Positions 29,487 through 39,941 of a DNA stretch of 60,369 bases are shown here, in pieces (position 1 is the stretch's first letter; each line of letters begins with the position of its first letter). The notes under the pieces were generated by a model. That model was not told where the DNA came from. It did no database searches and was given only the letters and a program-made list of their open reading frames with translations. This stretch comes from Sunxiuqinia sp. (GTDB lineage Bacteria > Bacteroidota > Bacteroidia > Bacteroidales > Prolixibacteraceae): the NCBI GenBank assembly GCA_003246935.1, contig QKCF01000393.1, forward strand, positions 1 to 60,369. Direction: 5' to 3'. Position numbers and translations under genes: made by a program.

Positions 29487-31039
29487 ATGAAGAAACGATT
29501 ATCGGGTACACGGCTCATGCAGACAGCGAAGAAAGAGTCAACCTAAAACAAATTAAGCGAATTGAAGTACTGTCGTTAGACACCATTAACGGCTACCAAT
29601 CAAAATATGCCTATCCGGATGAGAACCTGAACGATTTGTTCGCCGAACAAATGGACAGTCTTTACCATTCCTGGTATATTCAAAACTCGTACGACACCGA
29701 TTTCTTTTTGGAAGATTCGGTGGCCTCTGATGCCGCTTCTTTACCCGACTCGGTATACATTCAAAGACTTCAGAGCATCGACTCATTTGTTGATCTTTCT
29801 TTCAACCAAACAGTAAAGAACTTCATTGATCTTTACACGAACCGCCGTCACGAGCTTACTGAAATGATGCTCGGTTTATCCAGCTTTTATTTCCCGATGA
29901 TTGAGGAACAGCTTGACAAATATGATTTGCCACAGGAATTGAAATACATGCCGGTAATTGAATCAGCCTTGAATCCCACCGCCCGATCTCGTGCTAATGC
30001 TGTTGGTTTATGGCAGTTCATGTACGGAACAGGAAAAATGTACAAGCTCGACATCGGCACGTTTGTTGACGAGCGTCGTGATCCTGAAAAATCATCTGAA
30101 GCCGCGGCCAAATACCTGAACGATCTTTACCAAATCTATAAAAACTGGCACCTGGTTATTGCTGCCTACAACTGTGGACCAGGCAATGTTAACAAAGCGA
30201 TTCGTCGCGCCGGTGGAGCCCGCGATTACTGGTCAATTTACTATTATCTGCCACGCGAAACTAGGGGTTACGTTCCGGCATTTATCGCTGCTGCATACGT
30301 GATGAACTTCTACCAGCAACACAACCTGACACCTCGCTTTCCGGATTTTCCGATTGTTACAGACACAATACAGGTGAACAACTATGTGCATTTCAAGCAA
30401 ATTGCAGAGACCTTAAATATACCAATTGAGGAATTGCAAAGCCTTAACCCACAATACCGTTTGGATATTATCCCAGCTAAAGCGAACAAATCTTATACGC
30501 TGCGTTTACCAATTGAAAAGGTTCCGGAATTTATTGATATGGAAGAACAGGTTTATGCTTTGCGCAGAAATGAGTTTTTCCCGAATAATGAAATTTTAGT
30601 TCCTAAAGAGCGTGGCTATTACGCAGGAGGGGCTAGTGTTAACGGTAAAGACAGGCTCCTTTACACCGTAAAATCAGGTGATAATCTAGGCTCCATTGCC
30701 AACCACTTCCATGTGCGAATCAACGACTTGCGTTACTGGAACAATGTTCACCGCAACCTGATTCGCGTCGGACAGAAATTAGTAGTCTATGTACCAAGCG
30801 GTAAAGGCGAAGCCTATGCTCAGTCAAGCCGTGTGAAACTGACGAGCACTGCCAGTGCTTCAGAGCAGATTAGTTCCGACGGCAAATATGTATACTATAC
30901 CGTTCGTTCAGGTGATTCGCTTTGGTCTATTGCGCGTCGTTTCCCTGGAGTTTCAAACCAAGACATCATGCGTTTGAACAACATGTCCGGCAATACGATT
31001 AAGCCAGGTCAAAAGCTGAAAATACAGCCGAAAAGCTAA
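29487..31039 (+). CDS. mltD: Lytic murein transglycosylase MltD-like with LysM domains (5' end appears frameshifted)
   Basis: IES catalytic motif, AVGLWQFM, AAYNCG, ETRGYV, two clear C-terminal LysM repeats; open frame 29450-31039 lacks signal peptide, likely start ATG 29487 is out of frame. Confidence 0.85.
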
Positions 31040-31121
31040 TTAAGCATCGCTGTTTTAGCAGCTTCCCGATTTGCAAAGCCCCGATTTTCGTACTACATTT
31101 AGCAAAGTCGAAATCTTGAGT

Positions 31122-32531
31122 ATGAAACCATTTCGGGCCTTTCTATTCCTGACCACTGTACTTGTTTTATTCTTCCTGGTTTCTTTGTATCATTCGCAAA
31201 GGAACCAGGAAGAAGAGCTTACGCCGCAAGCTGAAATTGCAGCTCTAGATAATCACCCAACTACAGCACAGGAATCACTTCTTCCTCAAAAAAAAAACAG
31301 TACCAATACCATTGCTGTCGCCGACACTGTAAAGGCTGCCCTTCCCTCGAAACCGGCCAACGATAAAATCAAGTCTCAAACAACAAATGCATCGGGACTT
31401 ATTTATGCTGAAAGCGACACTATTCGACTCGAACATATCGCTCATAAACTGCAGTTGCTGGCATCTAACAACGAGCAACTTCGCATTCTGTATTACGGAG
31501 ATTCGCAGATTGAAGGAGATCAAATTACATCGGCGCTGCGGATAAAATTACAGCAACGTTACGGAGGACACGGCCCCGGATTAATCGCTCCCGACCAATA
31601 TTATAATCCAGCTCACCAATTGATTATGACTGTATCCGATAACTGGAAAAATATTCCAATCAGGGAAATGGGCAGTCAGAACAAAAGCATTCTTTTCAAA
31701 AATGCGCTGGCATTGGCTCCCGATCAGGGAGACTGGTGGTTTCGCATCAACCGGTTGAAGTTCTTGCATCCACAAGCTGATTACCAGCAGGTCCGACTAT
31801 TTTACACGGCTACTGACTCTGTTAGTATCGAATGTCTGAATTCTGCGAATCCATTTTATTCGGAACGTGAAGATTCAGTTCATTCAACCGCCAGTATTGA
31901 ATTGAGCTTTGATCAAACACCCGACGATCTAAAGATCAAGTTTTCCACCAACGATAGCTTATGGATCTCGGGCCTTTCACTGGATAGTCCTTGGGGTGTT
32001 TTTGTTGACAACATCGCGTTGAGAGGCTTGGCTTACCCGCCATTCAGTTTGTCCGATACCACAGAGCTGAAAAACATGATGAACCAACTGAACCCGGATT
32101 TATTTATCCTGCAGTTTGGGGTAAATGTGGTGCCCTACTACACAAGTGGAAACCATTCGTTCGAACGCCACCTTTCCGGACAGATTCATTCAATCCGCAA
32201 ACTTTGCCCCAACATTCCAATTCTCATTGTCGGTGTTTCGGATATGGCACAACGCGTCGACGGCGAATTTCAGTCCTATTCAAACATCGCCCAGATAAAG
32301 CAGATACAACAAGAAATTGCAGAAAGAAACGGCTGTATCTTTTGGGATTTAGAACAGTTTATGGGTGGCACCGGCAGCATGATAAAATGGGTAAATGCCA
32401 ATCCTCCTTTGGGCAGAAAAGACTATATTCATTTTTCGAAACTGGGTGGTGAGAAAATCGGCAATGAGCTAGCCCGCTTGCTGATCCGGGAATTTGAGAA
32501 CCAGCAGCAACTTGCATGGACGAACAACTAA
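31122..32531 (+). CDS. SGNH/GDSL family protein, candidate PatB-like O-acetyltransferase or esterase
   Basis: TM anchor; GDS, FGVN, DYIH blocks; overlaps MBOAT start. Confidence 0.8.
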   Translation: MKPFRAFLFLTTVLVLFFLVSLYHSQRNQEEELTPQAEIAALDNHPTTAQESLLPQKKNSTNTIAVADTVKAALPSKPANDKIKSQTTNASGLIYAESDTIRLEHIAHKLQLLASNNEQLRILYYGDSQIEGDQITSALRIKLQQRYGGHGPGLIAPDQYYNPAHQLIMTVSDNWKNIPIREMGSQNKSILFKNALALAPDQGDWWFRINRLKFLHPQADYQQVRLFYTATDSVSIECLNSANPFYSEREDSVHSTASIELSFDQTPDDLKIKFSTNDSLWISGLSLDSPWGVFVDNIALRGLAYPPFSLSDTTELKNMMNQLNPDLFILQFGVNVVPYYTSGNHSFERHLSGQIHSIRKLCPNIPILIVGVSDMAQRVDGEFQSYSNIAQIKQIQQEIAERNGCIFWDLEQFMGGTGSMIKWVNANPPLGRKDYIHFSKLGGEKIGNELARLLIREFENQQQLAWTNN

Positions 32532-34036
32532 GAAAAATAGCAGAACAACTCCTCCATTACAACGAAAATAAACCGCTGTTCTACACCGGTATCGCCTTTT
32601 GGGTTGCCTTTGCTATCATTCTTGGGTTGTACAGTTTTTTCTACCGAAAAAGTATCCTTAGGAACAGTTATCTGCTTGTAGCCAGCTGGTATATCTACTA
32701 CCAGATTAATGGAGCCTTCTTGTCATTATTAGTATTTTCCTGTCTTTCCAACTACGGTTTTGGTTTACTGATTAATCGCCATCGCAAAACGAAATTATGG
32801 CTCATCTTTTCGGTTAGTTTTAACCTACTACTCTTGGTTTATTTCAAATACACGTACTTTTTCACAGATAGTATTAACCAGTTTTTCGGAACCGGCTATG
32901 TTGTCTTCAACTGGCTGGGGTGGCTCTTGAACCAGTTATCCACAGGATTGGCCGATGTACATACGATTGTCCTTCCCATTGGTATTTCTTTTTATACGTT
33001 TCAGGCCATCAGTTACCTGTCCGACGTTAGAACAAGCAAGGTTGAAGTTGTTAAAAACCTGCTTGACTTTAGCTTTTACCTGAGTTTCTTCCCTCAACTT
33101 GTTGCAGGCCCAATTGTAAGGGCTGCAGCCTTCATTCCCCAACTATATCAAAAATACAGGTTAACAACAGAGGAACTCAGTCACGGTGTATTCCTCATAT
33201 TGAAAGGGCTTTTTAAAAAGCTCGTCATCGCAGATTTCCTGGCTCTAAACCTGATTGACCGTGTATTTGATGCTCCAGGCTCCTACTCGGGACTGGAAAA
33301 CTTGCTGGCGATTTACAGTTACTCGGTACAAATCTATTGCGACTTCTCGGGTTACACCGACATTGCTATCGGTCTGGCATTGATACTAGGCTATAAAATC
33401 CCGGTCAACTTCAATGCGCCTTACCATGCCAAAAGTCTCACTGATTTCTGGCACCGTTGGCATATCTCTCTTTCCTTGTGGCTGCGCGACTACCTTTATA
33501 TCCCCTTGGGCGGAAATCGAAAAGGTAAAATCAGGATGTACTTCAACCTGGTTATTACAATGCTCCTCGGCGGACTGTGGCACGGTGCAAGCTGGCATTT
33601 CATCATATGGGGAGGCATTCACGGAGTCGGTCTTGCTATTGAGAAACTATTCAGTCAAATTCGACGCACGAAATCAACGATATCCAAAATCAGAAATTAC
33701 CTTTCAATCTTCCTAACATTTCAGTTGGTGAGCTTAACATGGGTCTTTTTCCGTGGCGAAAACCAAGAAAAAATCTACCACATGTTCTACCAAATCAGGC
33801 AACATTTTATCCCCAGATTGACCGAAGAAGGCGTAAAAGCATACCTACCAACAATGGGTGCTTTGCTATTGGGCTTCCTGCTAATTTGGTTCCCTTTCAA
33901 CGAAAAAGAAAAGATCAGGGGGTGGTTCATCAACCAACATGTTGTTATTCAGATCGTCCTTTGTGTTGCTATGATCTTGCTGATTCAGGCCGTCTCTCAA
34001 TCGGATATCCAGCAGTTTATTTACTTTCAATTTTAG
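32516..34036 (+). CDS. MBOAT family O-acyltransferase (AlgI/PatA-like)
   Basis: LPIGISFYTFQ, FFPQLVAGPI, DFSGYTDIA, FWHRWHISLS, GLWHGA. Confidence 0.94.
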   Translation: MDEQLRKIAEQLLHYNENKPLFYTGIAFWVAFAIILGLYSFFYRKSILRNSYLLVASWYIYYQINGAFLSLLVFSCLSNYGFGLLINRHRKTKLWLIFSVSFNLLLLVYFKYTYFFTDSINQFFGTGYVVFNWLGWLLNQLSTGLADVHTIVLPIGISFYTFQAISYLSDVRTSKVEVVKNLLDFSFYLSFFPQLVAGPIVRAAAFIPQLYQKYRLTTEELSHGVFLILKGLFKKLVIADFLALNLIDRVFDAPGSYSGLENLLAIYSYSVQIYCDFSGYTDIAIGLALILGYKIPVNFNAPYHAKSLTDFWHRWHISLSLWLRDYLYIPLGGNRKGKIRMYFNLVITMLLGGLWHGASWHFIIWGGIHGVGLAIEKLFSQIRRTKSTISKIRNYLSIFLTFQLVSLTWVFFRGENQEKIYHMFYQIRQHFIPRLTEEGVKAYLPTMGALLLGFLLIWFPFNEKEKIRGWFINQHVVIQIVLCVAMILLIQAVSQSDIQQFIYFQF

Positions 34037-34181
34037 CAAGGGAGGGCGTAAATATTTTCACGACAGGCAGGATAACGAATTCAACTAATTTGTAAATTTG
34101 CGTCCTTATCCGATGGATCTCCATCCCGGAGAGAGAGTCCCTTTATTTTATGTTTATTTAATTAATTTGTGCGTAATTTCT

Positions 34182-34751
34182 ATGTATAGAAAGGTACAAC
34201 GCGTGCAAAAAGTCTTGAAAAACGCTGCTTTGCACTCTGAAAAATTTGGCAAAAAGAGTGGTATTACCTGTGCCTCGAAATGCCATCATTGTTGTTTAAA
34301 GAAAGATATTTCGGCAAGTCCGCTTGAGTTCTTGCCGCTAGCTTATCATTTGTATAAGTCAGGACGTGCTGACGAGGTATACGATCGTCTGGACATCTTG
34401 TCTGCCAACGATCTTTGTATCATCTTCACCGCGTTGGGTAATGCCGGAGGTTGTTCTCAGTATGCTTATCGCGGATTAATCTGCCGTCTTTTTGGCTATG
34501 CTACCAACCACGACAAACAGGGTTACAACCGGATGGTAACCTGTAAGCCCATCAAAGAAACGCCTGTTTTCGCTATGTTAACGCAAAAAACATTGGAAAA
34601 AGCTCCGGTAATGGCCGAGTATTACATGCAATTGGCAGCGATTGACTTCAGACTGGCTAACGAAGAACTTCAAATCAACCAGGCCATCAAACGGGCACTG
34701 GAGCTGGTTATGACTTACTACATGTATCGCGGACGAGGTAAACGTGCCTAA
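34182..34751 (+). CDS. YkgJ/CxxCxxCC family protein
   Basis: CASKCHHCC, CIIF, CSQYAYRGLICRLFG; start placed at ATG 34182 (track start 34098). Confidence 0.8.
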   Translation: MYRKVQRVQKVLKNAALHSEKFGKKSGITCASKCHHCCLKKDISASPLEFLPLAYHLYKSGRADEVYDRLDILSANDLCIIFTALGNAGGCSQYAYRGLICRLFGYATNHDKQGYNRMVTCKPIKETPVFAMLTQKTLEKAPVMAEYYMQLAAIDFRLANEELQINQAIKRALELVMTYYMYRGRGKRA

Positions 34752-34758
34752 TCCTTAT

Positions 34759-34989
34759 CCCCTTGGGGCGAGCCACTTTCCCAAAGATTCTTGCCTTTCG
34801 AACCATGGGGCGAACGATCATCCCCATTCGGAAATAGTCGGGAACCATGGGGCAAATAATCATCCCTAAGGTTCGGATGAAAAGTACCTTGGGGATAAGG
34901 CCGGGAACCTTGGGGCGAATGATTATCCCCATCGGGCGAGTGATTTGCCCCGTCGGGATTTTGCTTATCCCCTTGGGGATCATGACTCG
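34759..34989. repeat. Degenerate tandem array, 11 units of 21 bp with palindromic core
   Basis: Units start every 21 bp (34759, 34780 ... 34969) with core (CC/AA)CC(A/T)TGGGG; CTTATCCCCTTGGGG identical at 34754 and 34964. Confidence 0.9.
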
Positions 34990-35009
34990 TCCCTTTAATT
35001 TAAAATCGC

Positions 35010-36017
35010 TTAAATTGAAATAGAAGGATCGAGCAGACCCGCTTTCAGCAGATCGCTGATTACGATCTCGGTCATTTCACTTTTGAATAAAAATTCGTAG
35101 CGAATATCCATTACATAAGCCTTCAGCCGCATTTTGTAGCAAAGCTTATCGTGTTTTATTTCGTTGAAGAAAAGAACAGCAATCGGCTTCGCCAGGTACA
35201 CAAAGCGTGAGGTTTGCGCTGCCTCAATGGCAATCTGACGAACCTTGACTGTATCAATCGTAATCGGCAGATAGATTTCGGCAACCACCTGGCAATTAGA
35301 TTCGCCGGAATTAGCATTCGAAATCGGCTGATTTAACAATTCGCCATTAGGCAAGGTAACCAACGAATCATCGGCCGTTTGAATACGGGTCGACCGTAAC
35401 GACATATCCAACACCTCGCCGTAAACACTACCAACTTCAATTTTGTCGCCTACTTTAAAGGGGCGATCGATCAGAATTACAAAGCCACCAAAAATATTTT
35501 TCAATAAATCCTGAGCAGCGAAACCGACGGCAACACCAATTGAGGCTCCAAAAGCGATTAACGACCCGGCTGGAGGGTTGAAAATGCCGCGGATGACAAT
35601 ATAACTAATAATCAGCCAGCAAATAATCTTCACCACGGGCAGGATCGCCTTACCCCGAATACGTCGCTCGGCGTTCTTTTCCGACCACGCTTCAATGCTT
35701 TTTCCGATGAAGCGAATGATAAAATATCCGATCAAAAAGAAAACAGCAGCCCAAAAGAACTTAGCAAACGAGAACATCTCATGCAATTCAACTGAAGGAA
35801 TACTCTCGATTGTCTTCTTCAGTGCATTGTCGGTTACACTTTCATCCTTGTTCGTAGCAAGCGTATCTGCAGTCGCCGAACTTTCCGCTGGTGCTGCATC
35901 AATAAGCTGTTCTTGCACAACAACCTGCACAGAAGTCGTGTCGGCAGCGCTCAACCCCAGCGATAAGAATATCGACAACAGCAGACAACACACCACTCTA
36001 AAAATCAACTTTTGCAT
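35010..36017 (-). CDS. Small-conductance mechanosensitive channel (MscS family)
   Basis: GVAVGFAAQDLLKNIFGG, RPFKVGD, LRST, PNG. Confidence 0.93.
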   Translation of the reverse strand: MQKLIFRVVCCLLLSIFLSLGLSAADTTSVQVVVQEQLIDAAPAESSATADTLATNKDESVTDNALKKTIESIPSVELHEMFSFAKFFWAAVFFLIGYFIIRFIGKSIEAWSEKNAERRIRGKAILPVVKIICWLIISYIVIRGIFNPPAGSLIAFGASIGVAVGFAAQDLLKNIFGGFVILIDRPFKVGDKIEVGSVYGEVLDMSLRSTRIQTADDSLVTLPNGELLNQPISNANSGESNCQVVAEIYLPITIDTVKVRQIAIEAAQTSRFVYLAKPIAVLFFNEIKHDKLCYKMRLKAYVMDIRYEFLFKSEMTEIVISDLLKAGLLDPSISI

Positions 36018-36020
36018 ACG

Positions 36021-38903
36021 CTAATAAATAAAATTCAACGACTTCAGCTGGCTAACCAGCATACGATATACCAATGGATTAATCAGATATTGCTCGTCCT
36101 GCTTCTCCAGCAGCCCATCATCAGTCAACACCATCAAAATCCTAAAACTCGCTTCCCTACTGCACCTGAAGATACGACTGTGCTCTTTCACGCCGTAGCC
36201 GCCATGAATAAGAATGCTGTGCAGCGTTGTTAGTTCCGGTGTCTTTAACGAATTCAGGAAGCTAAAATCAAGTCGCTTTTGTTTGATCTCAATTTCACCG
36301 TCTCCAACCTTAACGATTGCACGCAGCCAATAAATAAAGGCCAGCCGAAGATTGCCATGAGCATAAGTTCCTAAATCTTCAAAAAAGGCATTCTTCAGGA
36401 AAGCTTGTTTTTCCTCATCATCCATTTTCTGATAGTTTCGTTTCGGACTGAATCCGTCCGGCTCTCCAAAACGAAGTGAGAAGCCACTCAACTGATGGCG
36501 TTTGAGGATTAGATCACGCATCTGCTCTGGCGACATCGTGCTAAACTCAATAACATGCGCAAAATACGATGAAATCGAATTTGTATAATTCAGTAATTTC
36601 CAACTGTACAGGTAACAACTGGTCAGCCAAAATATCCGCTGATTGGTTTGACTGATTAACTTAAACAGTAAAAACAGGTTTCCGAAATCACCACTGTTCC
36701 GTAAAAACAAGTTGTGAATGTTTTCGAGAAAAACCACCCGCCTCACAGCTGACTGATTGATGTGCTCAATCAGCTCGTCAACATTTGTTACAATGGAATG
36801 ATTGGATAAGCCACGCAAGAGTTCAAACAGCTCGTGATCTTCGACCTTATTCTCCGTAAAATTCAGACGAATGGTTTCGTATTGACCGATTGACTGCTCG
36901 AAGAAGTTAAAGAGTGTGGTTGTGCCGCTTCCTTGTTCTCCAACCAAACAAACCGGTGCAAAGCGTCCTTCCTGCCAGTCTTCAAAAGCTTTCGTCAAAT
37001 ATTGTAATTCTGCTCTTCGTGGCATGTAAAACCGATCGTCGGTTAACGGCACATTTTCGTAGAGCTTCTGATACATCAGCGGAAGCCGGCCAATAGCCTG
37101 TTGGGTTTCCGACAAGTAGTTTGAGAGCTCCGTGCTGATCGGTTCAGCTGCGTAAGAAATACCCAGAAGGCTTTTCAGATTGAAATATTTGTGATAAAAA
37201 GCTGAGTGTAGTTCTTTCAGCACATGGAAATACTGCTTTGCAAGTGTACCTGTTTTTTTGAGTAGCTGTTGCAAGAGTACCTTTCGGCGTGCCGCTGCTT
37301 CTCGACGCTGATTTTGCTTCACAGAACTATGTAGCTTGTGCGGCTCGAAATATTGCAGTACCTGCTCCGCAAAAACCTGTCCTTGCTCGTTGAAAACACT
37401 TTCCACAAGTTGAGCCAACGAAGCCAAATAGGCCAGAATTTCATCAGCCTTCTTAACAGTCCGACTAAGCCCTTCTTTCAACTCCTTAGCCGCGGTCTCA
37501 TTATCCTGTTGCGACACATAAAAATCCACACTGTAATGGGCGGTGTGTTGAATTTCTTCGAGGCTCGTTGTGATCTTCTGAACCAGCACAAGGAGCTTCT
37601 TCCGTTCTGAGTCGAACTGTTGCTTAAGAGGGCCCAAAACGCTTCCCATTAACAACTCCCGGGTTTTTATCTCATGAAAAGCTTTTCGGCTAACGGCTCG
37701 CTCATCAAACACAGGTGCAGCAAACTGATGTTTCTCTGTAGTTTGTCGTATCGCTGCTTCCAACTGAGCCAGCGGACGATCGAACACATTCACCAAACGA
37801 GCATGAAATACCAGCTGAATTAATTCGGGAACCTGCTTTTCAACGTAGTATTTTATTTCAGCGAGCTTGCTTTCATCCCTTTCACTTTTGTCGCTGGTTG
37901 CAAAACCACCTAGCTCTTGCTTCAGCTTAATAAAAGCGGGTTTTAACTTTGTTGTTAACTGCTCCAGTAGAATTCCACCTTGTTCTCCGGCTTGTTCTGT
38001 CAGCTTAAAAACGAGCGCTCTGTTTTGAAGTTTGAGTCGCCAGTGCTCCCCAATCGCGAAAAAAACCAACTGCTCAGCCTGCACTATGCGATCAAGTTCT
38101 TTAACGACATTCGCCTTTCCTTTCAAAATCTTTTTTGTAGCTAAACGACGACTAGGAAACTCAATGGTTCCCGCCTTTTCTCTCAACAGATAAAATATCT
38201 CGTCTGTCTGTCCTTCCACGCTGTTAAAAAACCGATCAAGTTCTTCCTCTGCATTTTTCAGATCCGTTTCAATCCAGCTAAGACGTTCCTCCCAATCCAT
38301 ATGCTCAGCCTTCATTAACCGGGACTGCTCAAACTCACGATCAACTTGGTAAAACTGTCTTATCCTTCGTTCCCTGGCTTTTAAAAACTGCTCGTAAAAA
38401 GGAAGTAATAGCTCACAAAAACGAACCACATAAACGGACTCGGCCAGTTTTGCCTCTAAAATCCTATGCTTCCAGTAAGTTCTTGACTTCTTTTCTTTTC
38501 GAAAAATATTCGTAAATGACAGCACAGCCCAACCGGTGCGTAAGCCCAATCGTTTCCCAATTTTTCGCATACGAAGCGTCAATTTGTCTTCCCGCTGCTT
38601 TTGAAATCGTTCAGGAGCCTGAGCTTCAACCTGTATTTCCTGAAAAGTATACAGAAATGATTCCAGGTCAGTGAGATCACCATGCAAAGGAAGAAAAGCC
38701 ATCACCTCATTTTCGGTGAGATGATCGGATAATAGCTCCGTCAGCCTTGCAGTAAACGCAGCGTAACTTTCGTGATCATCAATTTTCGAAATTCCGAGAC
38801 CGAACAATTCTGCAAGCTTCTTCTCAAAAACGAGCGACTCAAGCAACTGCTGCTTGATGAAATGATATTTATAAATTGTCGCTGGTTGTGTGTATTCATT
38901 CAC
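36021..38903 (-). CDS. Large helical protein with degenerate C-terminal P-loop (AAA-like) domain
   Basis: VGEQGSGTTT Walker A-like, VVFLENIH Walker B-like, GNLR, C-terminal winged-helix-like segment. Confidence 0.7.
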   Translation of the reverse strand: MNEYTQPATIYKYHFIKQQLLESLVFEKKLAELFGLGISKIDDHESYAAFTARLTELLSDHLTENEVMAFLPLHGDLTDLESFLYTFQEIQVEAQAPERFQKQREDKLTLRMRKIGKRLGLRTGWAVLSFTNIFRKEKKSRTYWKHRILEAKLAESVYVVRFCELLLPFYEQFLKARERRIRQFYQVDREFEQSRLMKAEHMDWEERLSWIETDLKNAEEELDRFFNSVEGQTDEIFYLLREKAGTIEFPSRRLATKKILKGKANVVKELDRIVQAEQLVFFAIGEHWRLKLQNRALVFKLTEQAGEQGGILLEQLTTKLKPAFIKLKQELGGFATSDKSERDESKLAEIKYYVEKQVPELIQLVFHARLVNVFDRPLAQLEAAIRQTTEKHQFAAPVFDERAVSRKAFHEIKTRELLMGSVLGPLKQQFDSERKKLLVLVQKITTSLEEIQHTAHYSVDFYVSQQDNETAAKELKEGLSRTVKKADEILAYLASLAQLVESVFNEQGQVFAEQVLQYFEPHKLHSSVKQNQRREAAARRKVLLQQLLKKTGTLAKQYFHVLKELHSAFYHKYFNLKSLLGISYAAEPISTELSNYLSETQQAIGRLPLMYQKLYENVPLTDDRFYMPRRAELQYLTKAFEDWQEGRFAPVCLVGEQGSGTTTLFNFFEQSIGQYETIRLNFTENKVEDHELFELLRGLSNHSIVTNVDELIEHINQSAVRRVVFLENIHNLFLRNSGDFGNLFLLFKLISQTNQRIFWLTSCYLYSWKLLNYTNSISSYFAHVIEFSTMSPEQMRDLILKRHQLSGFSLRFGEPDGFSPKRNYQKMDDEEKQAFLKNAFFEDLGTYAHGNLRLAFIYWLRAIVKVGDGEIEIKQKRLDFSFLNSLKTPELTTLHSILIHGGYGVKEHSRIFRCSREASFRILMVLTDDGLLEKQDEQYLINPLVYRMLVSQLKSLNFIY

Positions 38904-38980
38904 GATCCAATAATTAATATGAACTAAATTTAAAGCAAATCGATTAATTTATAAGCCTGTGCAGAAACATTTAGAAAAAT

Positions 38981-39007
38981 AAAAAATCCTGCTGTTAGCA
39001 GGATTTT
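38981..39007 (-). terminator. Terminator after sucD
   Basis: AAAATCCTGCT / AGCAGGATTTT. Confidence 0.8.
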
Positions 39008-39034
39008 AATATCGTACAGGTTCGTGTTATTGAA

Positions 39035-39916
39035 TTAGGCAGTAGCTGTTGCCATTTTCTTTTTCAACAAACCTGGAATTTCTGACGGTTCTTTTGCCAC
39101 AGGAACACCTGATCTCGCAAAAGCTTTAATCTTCTCTTCAGCAGTTCCCGAACCGCTTGAGATGATTGCTCCTGCATGCCCCATTCGTTTTCCCGGAGGG
39201 GCTGTTTGTCCGGCAATAAACGAAACAACGGGCTTAGTTACATACTTGGCAATGTATTCGGCGGCTTGCTCTTCTGCGTCACCGCCAATCTCACCAATCA
39301 AAACAATGGCTTCAGTTTCCGGATCATTCTGATACATTTCCAATAGTTCAATGTAATACAATCCGGCAACAGGGTCGCCACCAATACCAACAACGGTACT
39401 TTGCCCCATATCATTCTCAGTCAACATGTTTACAACTTCATAAGTCAACGTACCACTACGCGACATCAAGCCGATATTACCTTTTTTGAAAATCATGCCG
39501 GGAAGAATTCCCAGAAGGGCTTCATCCGGTGTAATCAAACCCGGGCAATTAGGACCAATCAGCTTTGTTCCATTTTGTTTCAAAATAGGCGTCACCCGAA
39601 TCATATCCAGTATAGGCACGCCTTCCGAAATGGCAATAACCAAATCAACTCCGGCATAAGATGCTTCCAAAATAGCATCAGCTGCAAAGGGGGCAGGAAC
39701 AAAAATAATCGAAGCATTAGCACCTGTTGCTTTAACTGCTTCTTCTACTGTATCGAAAACAGGAATGCCATCGACAGTTGTACCTCCTTTACCAGGAGAT
39801 GTACCGGCAACAACCTGTGTGCCGTAAGCTTTCATTCGGCCGGCATGAAACTGACCATCGCGTCCGGTGATTCCTTGTACCACCAGTTTTGTATCTTTAT
39901 TTACGAGTATACTCAT
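39035..39916 (-). CDS. sucD: Succinyl-CoA synthetase alpha subunit
   Basis: [32 protein letters not shown]. Confidence 0.97.
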   Translation of the reverse strand: MSILVNKDTKLVVQGITGRDGQFHAGRMKAYGTQVVAGTSPGKGGTTVDGIPVFDTVEEAVKATGANASIIFVPAPFAADAILEASYAGVDLVIAISEGVPILDMIRVTPILKQNGTKLIGPNCPGLITPDEALLGILPGMIFKKGNIGLMSRSGTLTYEVVNMLTENDMGQSTVVGIGGDPVAGLYYIELLEMYQNDPETEAIVLIGEIGGDAEEQAAEYIAKYVTKPVVSFIAGQTAPPGKRMGHAGAIISSGSGTAEEKIKAFARSGVPVAKEPSEIPGLLKKKMATATA

Positions 39917-39941
39917 TGGGTCTGATTTTTAGGATAAATAA

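Noticed and set aside
34108-34141. Riboswitch upstream of the YkgJ-family gene
   Set aside because: Only a short hairpin; no riboswitch consensus recognised
34708-34983. 91-aa ORF as a confident gene
   Set aside because: Derives from the repeat array and overlaps the convergent gene; kept only as a hypothesis
34759-34989. CRISPR array
   Set aside because: Whole unit is 21 bp with a degenerate 10-bp core; no cas genes or unique 30-40 bp spacers
36021-38903. STAND/Avs-type anti-phage NTPase
   Set aside because: No effector or TPR sensor domain recognised, Walker A degenerate, context is MscS and sucCD
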